DNA from: Vicinamibacterales bacterium
GTDB lineage: Bacteria; Acidobacteriota; Vicinamibacteria; Vicinamibacterales; JAMQPK01
DNA: 64,000 nucleotides
Assembly: GCA_963825295.1 (NCBI GenBank)
Contig: CAWGSZ010000009.1
Coordinates: 24,188 to 88,187 of the forward strand
Direction: 5' to 3'
The notes below the pieces were generated by a model, which had not been told where the DNA came from, made no database searches, and worked only from the letters and a program-made list of their open reading frames with translations. Positions 40,301 to 49,797 of the stretch are shown piece after piece. Each line of letters begins with the position of its first letter. Position 1 is the first letter of the stretch. A program made the position numbers and the translations under genes.

Positions 40301-43300
40301 CGTGGTGGTCAGCGACGGCGTGGTGAAGTTGGCACTGTTGCCGCCGACCGACGTGGTCGTCACGCCGGGCGCACCTTGGTACCACTGATAGGTCAGATCC
40401 GTGCCGGTGGCTCCGACGCTGAGATTGGCCGACGCCCCCGCTGCGATCGTCTGACTCTGCGGCTGCGTGTTGATAGCGGCGGGGACGCCGATCGAGATGA
40501 TGGCGGTCGCCGAATCGACGCTGGGCCCGAAGGCATTGCTGACGCGGACCCAGTAGCTGGTCTGTGTGGTCAGCGCCGGGGTGGTGAAGTTCGCGCTGTT
40601 GGTGCCTACGAGATTCGTTGTATCCGGCGCGGTGCCGCGATACCACTGATACGACAGGTTCGTGCCGGTGGCCGCGACGCTGAGATTGGCCGTTGTGTTG
40701 GACGCAATCGTCTGGCTCTGCGGCGACGTGCCAATGGCGGCACCCACGCCGATGGAGATGGTGGAGGTGCTCGAGCTGGCGGTGCCGTAGGTATTGCTGA
40801 CGCGGACCCAGTAGCTGGTCTGCGTGGTCAGCTCGGGAGTGGTGAAGCTGGCGCTGTCGGTGCCGACCGGGATCGAGACATCTGGCGCCGTCCCCTGGAA
40901 CCACTGATAGGTGAGCGGGGCCGTTCCGGTGGCTACAACGCTGAGGTTGGCAGTCGCGCCGGAGGCAACCGTTTGATTCTGGGGCGACGTGGCGATCGCC
41001 GCGCCAGCGCCGATCGTGATGGTAGCGGCGCTGGAGTCGACCGTGCCGAAGCTGCTGTTGACCCGCACCCAATAGCTCGTGGTCGTGGTCAGATTCGGCG
41101 TGGTGAAGTTGGGGCTATTTGTGCCCACCAGCGTCGTCGTCACGCCGGATGCCCCTTGATACCACTGATAAGAGAGATTGGTGCCGGTCGCGCCGACGCT
41201 GAGATTGGCCGACGTGCCCGATGCGATTGTTTGAGCCTGCGGCTGCGTGTTGATGCCTGGGCCGGCGCCGATCGAGATGATGGCGGTCGCCGAATCGACG
41301 CTGGGCCCGAAGGCATTACTAACACGCACCCAGTAGCTGGTCTGGGTAGTCAGCGCCGGGGTGGTGAAGTTGGCGCTGTTACTGCCGACGAGATTCGTTG
41401 TATCCGGCGCGGTACCGCGATACCACTGATAGGTGAGCGGGGCCGTCCCGGTGGCCGTGACGCTGAGCGCGGCCGCGGAGTTGGACGCAATCGTCTGGCT
41501 CTGCGGCGATGTTCCAATGGCGGCACCCACCCCGATGGAGATGGTGGCCGTGCTCGAGTTGGCGGTGCCGTACGGGTTGCTGACGCGGACCCAGTAGTTG
41601 GTCTGCGTGGTCAACGGCGGAGTCGTGAAGCTGGCGCTGTTGGTGCCGACCGGGGTCGAGACATTGGGCGCCGTCCCCTGGAACCACTCATAGGTGAGCG
41701 GGGCCGTCCCGGTGGCCGACACGCTGAGGTTGGCCGTCGCGCCGGAGGCGATCGTCTGGTTCTGGGGTGAGGTGCCAATGGCGGCGCCGACGCCGATCGA
41801 GATGACCGCGGTTGCCGAATCGACACTGGGGCCGAAGGCATTGCCGACACGTACCCAGTAACTGGTCTGCGTGGTCAGATTCGGCGTGGTGAAGTTGGGG
41901 CTATTTGTGCCCACGAGATTCGTCGTGTTGGGGGCTGTGCCGCGATACCACTGATACGTGAGATTGGTGCCGGTGGCGCCCACGCTGAGATTGGCCGTGG
42001 CGTTCGATGCGATCGTCTGACTCTGCGGCTGCGTGCCGATGGCGGCGGCGGCGCCGATCGAGATGACGGCCGTCGCTGAATCGACACCAGGCCCGAAGGC
42101 ATTGCTGACACGCACCCAGTAGCTGGTCTGTGTGGTCAGCGCGGGGGTGGTGAAGTTGGGGCTATTACTGCCTACGAGATTCGTTGTGTCCGGCGCGGTG
42201 CCGCGATACCACTGATAGGTAAGCGGGGCCGTCCCGGTGGCCGTGACGCTGAGCGAGGCCGCGGTGTTGGACGCAATCGTCTGACTTTGCGGCGATGTGC
42301 CAACCGCGGCACCCACGCCGATCGAGATCGTGGCCGTGTTCGAGTCGGCCGTGCCTTCCGCGTTGCTGACGCGGACCCAGTAACTGGCCTGCGTAGTCAA
42401 TGCGGGCGTGGTGAAGCTGGCGCTGTTGGTGCCGATCGGGGTCGAGGCATCCGGCGCCGTTCCTTGGTACCACTGATAGGCGAGCGGGGCCGTCCCGGTG
42501 GCAACGACGCTGAGATTGGCCGTCGCCCCCGACAAGATTGTCTGGCTCTGGGGGTGCGTGCCGATGCTTGGCGGGGTGCCGGGCGCGGCCGTCGTGAACG
42601 ACCAGGTTGGCCCGGTCACCGTCTGGTTCCCGTCGCTGACCGTCGCGTACCACTGATATTGAGTATTCGGTGTCCGGCCAGCCCACGCGATCTCAGCCGG
42701 CGTGCCCGACGGCACGCTGTTGTCCGTCCCGATCTGCGTGAACGGCACACCTTGCATGTTGAAGTCGAGCACGAACTGGCTGTTCGCGTCGGTTTCGAAC
42801 TGGCTGAGCTTTGGTGAGTAGGTGTAGACGTAGATCTTGTTCTCGGACGGCTTGAACGTCATGTAGCGCAGCCAGCCGTCGCCGCCGTTGATGCGGCTCT
42901 GGTAATCCGACTCGAGCTGGTGAACCGTGCGGCTCGGGCAGGCGGCGTTGGTCGGCGTCGCATCCGTCCGGTTCGCCTCTCCCGGATAGTGTCCATTCAG
43001 CACCATGACGACATTGCAGTTTGGAACGATCAGATTGGTCCAGACGGTCGCGGCCGGCGTGCCATCCGTCGTCCGGTTGAGCACCGTCGTTGGACGGCTG
43101 CCCGAGTCGCTCAGGAACAGGTGCGTGGCGATGATGGCCTTACGATTCGGGAATGCCTTGAGCACCCGGTCCGCCCACGCCACCGAGTAGGTCGGCATGT
43201 CGGTACTCGAGGTGGATGACGACGAAATCCATCCCGCCTGCGGAGAACAGCGAGAAGTTGTTCTTGTTCTGACGGTTGATGGGATCGGGGCCGAAGAGGT

Positions 43301-46300
43301 TCTGACCAAGATAGCCGCCATCTACGCCAATTGTCGGATAGAACCACATTCGTTCCAGCGGAAATTTGATGTCGTAGTTGGTCGAGACTCCAGCCGAGCT
43401 CATGTCGTGATTGCCGGGGGCAATCCCGTACGGCACATCCGCGTTGTCGAGCACTTGCATGCTCGTACTTGCCCGGTCCCATTCGATGGTCTGAGCGTCG
43501 ATGTGTTCGACGATATCTCCGAGATGCGAGACCCAGATGGTATTCAATGCGCTCTTACTGCTGACAATCCATTCCGTTTGCTGGGTAAACGTCGCAGCAT
43601 TGGCCGCGTTGTCGACGTAGTGCTGCGTATCGGGGATCGCGACGATGGTGAAGTCAGCCGCCGGCGGCCCGTTAACGGCCCGGCCGAAGAACGTCACGTT
43701 CAGCGGCTGGCTCTCGGGATCCAATACGCTGACGCTCAGGCTTGGTGAGGTGGTCTCCCCAGTGGCGCCGTTAGCCGGCGTGTTCAGCACCGGCATGCTC
43801 GGGGCGCTGTTGAACACCAGGTTGAACGGCGCACCGGCCACGCGCGTCCACCCGCTCCCGCTGATCGTGCCGTTCACCACAGGGTTGTAAATGATCGAGT
43901 TGACAACGGTTGTCCCGCCGCCGGTCTCGTTGAGGCCAAACCGGCCGATGAGATTTCCGTCATTCAAGATTGGGGTGTTGATGCGCGCCTGCAGTTCGGC
44001 CAGCGACAGCGCACGATTCCAGATGCGGACCTCGTCGATGACGCCGTTGAAGAGGCCCTCAAATGTTCCACCCGCGTTGAGCGCGGAGCCGATGGAGGCA
44101 TGCTGAATGCTGTCGGACCGTGGCAGGAACTGGTCTTGATTGCCGACGGGCGTCGTGGTGTCAAGCGCGCCGTCGAGATACAGACGCCAATCCTTACCGT
44201 CGTAGGTCGCTGCAGCGTGATGCCACACGCCGTCTGCTGGAACGGGTTTCAGACCCCTGGCCGGATGATTGAGTCCTGTGGCGTTGTCCTCGAAGTCGGC
44301 GCCCAGCACATCGGGAGCACCACCGGTGCCCGGCACGATGCCGAGGAAATAGTTCATGTTGTTGGTTGTGGCTTCGTCCTGGGCGCGCCCTTTGGTGACT
44401 ATCGGCACCGCGATGAAGCCCCCGGAGCCGGTATCGGCCGTCGTGCCTGCTCCGTCACGCCGGAACCAGGCCTCGATGGTCAGCTTCGACGCGCCGAGCT
44501 GAGGCGCCACACCTAATGTCACGTACGCGTTGGTGCCTGTGAAATCGATCGCGTTGTTCGGCTCGACCGGATTGACGGTGACGGTCAGCTCATCAAAACC
44601 GTTGAGCTCTCCGTCGTTGGCCGTCAGCCGAAGTACGTAGGTTCCAGGACCTGAGAAGGTCGCCGTCGTCGTGGTCGTGTCGGGGTCGGCGAACGTAACC
44701 GTTCCAACGGCCGGCGTCCGGTTCGTCCACTGCGGGCTGATGTCGATGCCCGTGAAACCGTCGTCGTTGATCGTTCCGGAAAGCGACACACCGTTGGGCA
44801 GCGCGATCGTCTGATCAGGTCCGGCGTAGACCATCGGCGGCAAGTTGCCCGAGGCGGCCGTCACGGCAATGTTGACCGTATCGCTGCGGACGTAGAGACC
44901 GTCGTTGGCGGTCAATTGCAGAACATAGGTGCCGGCGGCGGGGAAGCCGACGGACGTCACCGCGGAGTTGGCATTACCGAACACCGCTGTTGCCGGCCCG
45001 CTCACCTGACTCCATGTCGTCGTGTTCGGGCCGTCATCGGTGACGCTGCCGTTCAGCTCGGCCGCACCGGCGCCGACGGTCTGATCGGCTCCCGCATTCA
45101 CGACAGGCGGTTGGTTCCAGGCGCGCCGTGCACGGTTCCAGAACCCGAATCCGTGAATGCCGGCTGCTCTCCGGCAACCTGGTAGAACTGCCAGTCGTAA
45201 CGAGTTGTCCTTCAGCGTGAACTTCATGACGCCGTGCGCGGTGTTGTTCCGTACCTGACTCGTCGTGCGTTGGTTTGGAAAGGCTGCCGCTCACGGGGAC
45301 TCCGCCGGTGCCGATGACGAACGTCCGGATGCCGAAGTTGTCGTCGGGCTGACCGGATGCGCCTATGGGTGCCAGCCGCTCGTAGTTGTGCCAGTGTCCG
45401 CCCAGTGAGATGTCGACGCCGTAGTCGTACATCGCCTGCCAGAGCGGCTGCACGTACGCGTGCGCGGCGTCGTCACTGCTCGAGCTGTAGCGCGGCCTGT
45501 GCCACATCGCGATGATGTTGTTCGTCGGGCTGTTCGCCAGGTCGTTGCGCAGCCACTGCTCCTGCGGCGAACCGGGGCGCACCCGTTCGTGTTCCAGAGA
45601 TTGACGTGCACTCGCTGTTGAGCACGACGATGTGCCAGTTGCCGACGTTGTAGCTGTAGTAGCCGCCAGGCGTGCGATCGCCGGCAGGGCCGGTCTGCAC
45701 GCCGTCGCCGTTGAAGTAGTCGTAGTAACCGGTCGCGCCCGGCGTGTTGTAGTCGTGATTGCCGGTGACCGGCCGCGTGCGCGACTTGATGCTGGGACGG
45801 CCCCAGGTCGGCGTGTAGCAGGTGTCGAACTCGGCAGCCGTGCCGTTCACGTACGAGTTGTCGCCGAGCGTGAAGATCGGACCGGGCAGTCCCCTCGAGC
45901 AGCGTGGCGGTGGCGAGCGAGTTGGTCAGCGAATCTCCCACGATGCAGTTCGGGGCGAGGTCGCCAGCGCCGATGAGTACCGAAGTTGACGGTGACCGTC
46001 ATCTCGTCGAACGCCGATTTCGCGCCGTCGTCCGCGGTGAGCCGGAGCACGTACGTGCCTGGTTCTGTGAGCGTGGCGTTGGTCGCCGGAGAATTCGCAT
46101 TGCCAAACGTTACGGCGGCGGGTCCGCTGATCTGCGTCCAGGTTGCGATGAACGCCCCGTCATCGGTGGCCGCACCGGCTAGCGGGACGGTGCCGGCAAA
46201 GTCGATGACCCTGTCGTCGCCCGCGGTTACGACGGGGGTCTGGTTCAGGCTCGCAAGCGGTGTCGCGTTGGCTTCATTCGACGGCGACGACTGAGTGCCG

Positions 46301-48477
46301 AACGAGTTAACCGCCGTGACAACGTAGAAGTACGGCGTGCCGTTGGTAAGACCGAGATTGAGATAGTTGGGTAAGGTCAGCGGCGTCGAGCCATTCAACG
46401 GCGGATCGGCGAGGGAGACCGGACTCGACGTGCTGCGATAGACGTTGTATCCGACGGGTTCGGCATCTGGCGTCCACGTGAGCGAGACGCGCGCATTGCC
46501 CGGGTCGGCGACGAGATCCTGCGGTGCTGCCGGCGGTGTCGTGTACCCCGGGTACGGATACCCGGCGGTCCAGGTCGGCGTGCCCATCAGCGTGCCGGGG
46601 ATATTTCTTGTGGAAGAAGCCGCGATTGGGCCCGATGCCTCGTTCAATTTCCAATATCCAATCAGGGTGGTTATTGCCGGGTCTGACGGGTTGACCTCCT
46701 GAAACATCTTCGCCTGAATGTCTGCCTGGCTTCGCGCTACGTTCCAGATCCGCACTTCGTCCATCAGGCCGGCGAAGTAGCCCTGCGGGCTTCCGGGTGT
46801 GCCGGCTCTGGTGAGCGCGGTTCCGATGGCGGCATGTTGAGTACTCAGGGATTCCGGTGTGAACGCTCCGACATTCAGCGTGCCATCCGCTTGGCCGTCA
46901 AGATACAGTCGCCACGTGGAGCCGTCATAGGTCGCCGCTGCGTGGTGCCACTCGGTGGTGCTGATCGGAATTGGCGTGTTGCCGGTGATCGGATGGTTGC
47001 CACCGTTTACCGTGTCTTCGAAGTCGGCTACGAGGCGACCGCTCGCAGCACTGATGCCAAGGAAATAGTTCATGTTGGCTTCGACGGGCGTTTCAGCCTC
47101 GGCCATGCCTTTGCTGATGAGGGGAATCACGTTGGTGACGCCCGGCAACGTTCCACCGGTCCCTGTCGAAGTCACGGCGCCAGATCCCGTGCGCTTGAAC
47201 CAGGTTTCGAGCGTGAAGGTTTGCGCACCGAGCGCGCCGGTTCCGGCCGCTGCACCGAAGGTGACGTACTGATTGGTACCATTGAACTGCATGCCCGCTC
47301 CCAGCAACGCGCCTGGTGTGGCGGTTACCGCACTCGATGGGGCGGACAGGTTGGAGGCCGTGTCGATGGCCTTGACGGTATAGCTGTACAACGTGCCATT
47401 GGTGACAGTGTTGTCGGTATAGATGGGGCTCGTCAGCGGTGCGATGTTAAGAGGAGTGCCAGTGCCCGACGCGTTCCTGTATACGTTGTAGCCCGTCAGA
47501 TCGAACGCGGGAGTGTGATCCCACGTAATCGTGACGAGACTGTTCCCAGTGTTGGCGGCGACATTCTGCGGCGCTGATGGTGCTACGGTGTCGGCGGGGA
47601 CGCCACCGACGATCCGGGCCGCCGCCGCTGCGTTCAGGAGTGTTCCATGCGGGCGGTCAGCAACAGAATTGAAAACTGCTCCTCCACTTCCCTCGTTCAG
47701 GCCCCAGCGCCCAATCAAGCCAGCTCCGGAGGTCAACTCCTGGTTCATGCTGGCGACGACCTGTGCCTGGGTGCGCGCGACGTTCCAGATGCGCACTTCG
47801 TCGATGACACCGTTGAAGAACCCGGCGGCAGTTCCGTTTGAGGTGAGCGCGCTTCCGATTGATGCGTGCTGAATGCTGTCGGCCCTGGGCGAACGATCGC
47901 CGGCCGGGACATTTGTGATACCAACTTGAACGCCGTCAAGATACAAAATGAATGCGCCTGTCGTGCTGTCGTACGACGCGGCCGCGTGATGCCAGACATT
48001 AGGACTGATGACGGTCGTAGACGTTACGGGACGATTGGCGCCAGCCGCAGCGGTTTGTCCGGCTGCTTCCTCGAAATCGGCCGCAAGCGTGTTCGCGACA
48101 TTCGGAGACGTGGCGGACGTGTTTATCCCTAGAAAGTAGTTGAGATCAACATTGGTCCCGTCCGACTCTCCTCGACCCTTTGATACAAGCGGTACGACCG
48201 ATGTGAGTGCTCCAGTGCTGGTGGGTGCGCCTGTCGGGGTCGTTTCCCGCTTGAACCACAGTTCGAGAGTGAAGTCTGTGGCGTTTAGGCCATTCGGTCC
48301 GGTAGCGGCACCGAACGTGACGTAGTCGTCTACGCCATCAAAATCAATCGCGTTGGGGAGCGTGGCGATCTGCCCCGCGGGCCGATCCCCGCTCATCAGC
48401 GCAAGCACCACAACGGCGAAAGCCATCACTCCGAAGCGCGTGGCTCTGGTGAATCTGGCGCGGGCTCGTTGCGTCAT
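37339..48477 (-). CDS. Giant exported multidomain protein G1 (~3,700 codons): signal anchor, LamG, FN3, LamG, FN3, PKD-like, metallophosphoesterase-1, PKD-like x2, LamG, metallophosphoesterase-2, 10 Ig-like repeats, then (unknown ~220-aa module + FN3) x2 + unknown module; 11 frame disruptions
   Basis: ATG 48477 lies 7 nt after [36 protein letters not shown] is a signal/anchor. LamG signatures: [19 protein letters not shown](S/T)[17 protein letters not shown]3: LTW..GYNVYR. Metallophosphoesterase motifs: GAGD/LGDNSY/GNHD/WHRP/GHWHNYE and IPDTQH/LGDIVE/GNHD/NGHYPGE. The track ORFs 45847..48477, 45363..45941, 45473..45850, 45034..45582, 43140..45227, 38867..43321, 37320..39509 and 37325..37612 join end to end with no domain lost. 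The true stop TAG is at 37341-37339. Confidence 0.7.
37342..39949 (-). repeat. Three copies of an unassigned ~220-aa module (X1 39295-39949, X2 38328-38987, X3 37342-38003) separated by FN3 domains
   Basis: Shared motifs: F(T/P)F..VG(T/A)HFP(T/S)(V/M)(D/E)N, GPGPRA(I/V)[56 protein letters not shown](I/L)S..N.W.APTAGWS.PG.Q.QWRN, G.YF(R/S)(M/L)AF/W. Confidence 0.75.
39968..42574 (-). repeat. Ten tandem Ig-like domain repeats (~87 aa, ~261 bp) with a three-repeat (~783 bp) higher-order unit
   Basis: Each unit follows the pattern (S/T)(S/Q)PQ(S/N)QTI(A/L)S..(A/T)A.LSV.ATGT..L.YQW(Y/F)(Q/R)G......[20 protein letters not shown]...S..A.I(S/T)IG. DNA blocks starting near 40501, 41281 and 42065 are nearly identical over hundreds of nt by eye. 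Confidence 0.85.
42763..43652 (-). other. Metallophosphoesterase module 2 of G1 (one frame disruption at about 43204)
   Basis: [36 protein letters not shown]|[30 protein letters not shown]. The junction GAGTAC[C]GAC needs a 1-nt correction. Confidence 0.75.
45115..45981 (-). other. Metallophosphoesterase module 1 of G1, interrupted by seven frame disruptions
   Basis: Reconstructed reading: [21 protein letters not shown]|[40 protein letters not shown]|.[11 protein letters not shown]|[42 protein letters not shown]..|[29 protein letters not shown]|[26 protein letters not shown]|.WNQPPVV. All catalytic motifs are intact at the residue level. Confidence 0.7.
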
Positions 48478-48584
48478 CGACAGGTCCTCTTTTGGGCAAG
48501 GGGGAAGGTGGACTCCGGCCAGAGTTCGACCGTGTGACTACTATTCGTGCAAGCACCATTGAAAATCCATGAAAGCGCCCGATG

Positions 48585-48611
48585 GCGCGCATCGCGCGCA
48601 TCGCGCGCATC
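48585..48611. repeat. Perfect 9-bp tandem repeat GCGCGCATC x3 in the G1 upstream region
   Basis: Copies lie at 48585-48593, 48594-48602 and 48603-48611, followed by the degenerate GACGCGCGT. The array is 108-134 nt upstream of the G1 start codon and 44 nt downstream of the HTH gene stop. Confidence 0.85.
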
Positions 48612-48654
48612 GACGCGCGTAGCGGAAAGGACGAAAGTGAGAGGAGGTGACGAA

Positions 48655-48958
48655 CTACAGGAGGCCGAGGGCTCTGGCGTAGCGACGGGCTTCGTGCGGG
48701 GCGATGCGGAACACACGCTTCCGTCCGCGGCCGACCGCGATCGGCCCGAAGATAGCCGGACGCGATTTCCTTGCGGATGAACGTCGCGCTCATCCCGATC
48801 ATCCGGGCGAGCTCGGTGGTCGTCAGCGGAGGGCCCGATCTGTGCGCCAGATCCTTGAGCTTCGGAGCGGCCTCAGAGTGCCGGCGAGGGACGCTCCTGG
48901 CGCCGTTTTGCGAGGGCGGAGACGGCTCGGGCGCGAGCGGCCCTGATGCGTGTTTCAT
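48655..48958 (-). CDS. Small excisionase/MerR-type helix-turn-helix DNA-binding protein; one frame disruption at about 48741-48745
   Basis: ATG 48958 gives ..PLTTTELARMIGMSATFIRKEIASGYLRA. After a 1-nt correction it continues IAVGRGRKRVFRIAPHEARRYARALGLL, stop TAG at 48657-48655. This is the typical excisionase-family HTH wording, with an Arg-rich wing. The remainder of track ORF 48344..48958 is out of frame. Confidence 0.6.
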
Positions 48959-49003
48959 GACTGGCCTCGCGGCAATTGCAGGATCGCTGCCGCGAGGCCA
49001 GTC
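48959..49003. promoter_or_regulatory. Perfect 16-bp inverted repeat (13-nt spacer) abutting the HTH gene start codon; candidate operator or leader hairpin
   Basis: GACTGGCCTCGCGGCA (48959-48974) and TGCCGCGAGGCCAGTC (48988-49003). The repeat ends at the base next to the ATG (48958). No Shine-Dalgarno sequence is visible. Confidence 0.5.
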
Positions 49004-49016
49004 AGATATCCGATGT

Positions 49017-49046
49017 ATTTGTCAGATTCGCGCTGACACAGGTCAA
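49017..49046 (-). promoter_or_regulatory. Candidate sigma70-type promoter for the HTH gene / G1
   Basis: The minus strand reads TTGACC (49046-49041), an 18-nt spacer, then ACAAAT (49022-49017). This is weak pattern matching only. Confidence 0.25.
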
Positions 49047-49103
49047 CAAAGTCTTCGCGTGGGACGACTAAGCCCGTCGGAAAGGAGACTTTGCCGTCCC
49101 GTC

Positions 49104-49730
49104 CTACTTCGCGCCGAACCCGTCGATGTGCACCTCGAGCTGGTGGTTGACGCGAATGCCGTAGATGCCGTCGGTCTTCGCCGTGAGACCGGTCTTGGGC
49201 GTCGTGTGCACGGTCGTTCCGTTAACCACGTATTCGATCTTGTCGGCGGTCACCCGTACTTCGAGCGTATTGGTGGACTGACCCGTGGCATCGGGTTTCT
49301 TCACCGCGTCGTTGGCCGCTTTTTCCGCGACGTTCTGCGTCTCCTTGTCGCCAGTGCGTCGCTTGACGAGCCAGGTGCCGTCCTGCGCGACCAGAAAGTA
49401 CAGATAGTTCTGAGTGGCGCCTTCGAGATCGCTGCCGCCGAAGACGAGGCCGTAGTAGTTCGTGTGACCGCTCGGCTTCTGGAGGACGAACGTGCCCCTG
49501 AGCGTGTAATTGCCGGTCGCCGTGTTGACGGGATTCCAGTACACGGCCGCTTGAGGATTGGTCGCATGGAAGCCTTTTCCCATGCTGACGAACTTGATGG
49601 CGCCTGCCGCGTCCGGATCGGACGCGCTCGTGCTGCGATCGGCGCGCACCATCCAGCCCTTCGGCGCCTGTGCGAGGAGAGGAGCGATAACCAGCAGCGC
49701 GAATGTTGCGGCGAGTACGGTGCGTTTCAT
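49104..49730 (-). CDS. Secreted hypothetical protein, concanavalin/LamG-like jelly-roll suspected
   Basis: ATG 49730 lies 8 nt after AGGAGA. Signal peptide MKRTVLAATFALLVIAPLLAQA. The beta-rich sequence contains YYGLVFGG..YLYFLVAQDGTWLVKR..LEVRVTADKIEYVVNG..GIRVNHQLEVHIDGF. Confidence 0.6.
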   Translation of the reverse strand: MKRTVLAATFALLVIAPLLAQAPKGWMVRADRSTSASDPDAAGAIKFVSMGKGFHATNPQAAVYWNPVNTATGNYTLRGTFVLQKPSGHTNYYGLVFGGSDLEGATQNYLYFLVAQDGTWLVKRRTGDKETQNVAEKAANDAVKKPDATGQSTNTLEVRVTADKIEYVVNGTTVHTTPKTGLTAKTDGIYGIRVNHQLEVHIDGFGAK

Positions 49731-49755
49731 GTGTGTTTCTCCTGAATAGTGTTTC

Positions 49756-49797
49756 GCTCGACTAAAGTCGAGCCCTACCTCTAAAGTCGAGCACTAC
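49756..49797 (-). repeat. REP-like elements (one complete, one half) overlapping the stop codon of 49794..51056
   Basis: The minus strand reads GTAGTGCTCGACTTTAGAG (49797-49779) and GTAGGGCTCGACTTTAGTCGAGC (49778-49756). Confidence 0.65.

Noticed and set aside
39968-42574. Repeat arrays of G1/G2 as CRISPR, or as template/variable repeats of a diversity-generating retroelement
   Set aside because: The repeats are in-frame protein domains of ~261-270 bp. No reverse transcriptase gene is present. Differences between copies are not restricted to adenine positions.
37339-48477. Interpreting G1 as three to eight separate genes as suggested by the ORF track
   Set aside because: Every ORF boundary falls inside a recognisable domain (for example HLEY|DMPTYSVAW inside a metallophosphoesterase and DNS|YDWQF inside its C-terminal motif). 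The downstream pieces have no signal peptides or RBSs. The alternative remains possible only if the indels are real.
48474-48716. ORFs translating the 9-bp repeat as MRAMRAMRA (48344..48958 out-of-frame part and 48474..48716)
   Set aside because: The repeat lies between the true HTH stop (48655) and the G1 start (48477). The peptides have no RBS and arise from reading a DNA tandem repeat.
48655-48958. Excisionase-type HTH as a marker of a prophage or integrative element
   Set aside because: No integrase, recombinase, phage structural gene, tRNA target or direct-repeat att pair is visible in the window. The flanking genes are ordinary chromosomal genes.
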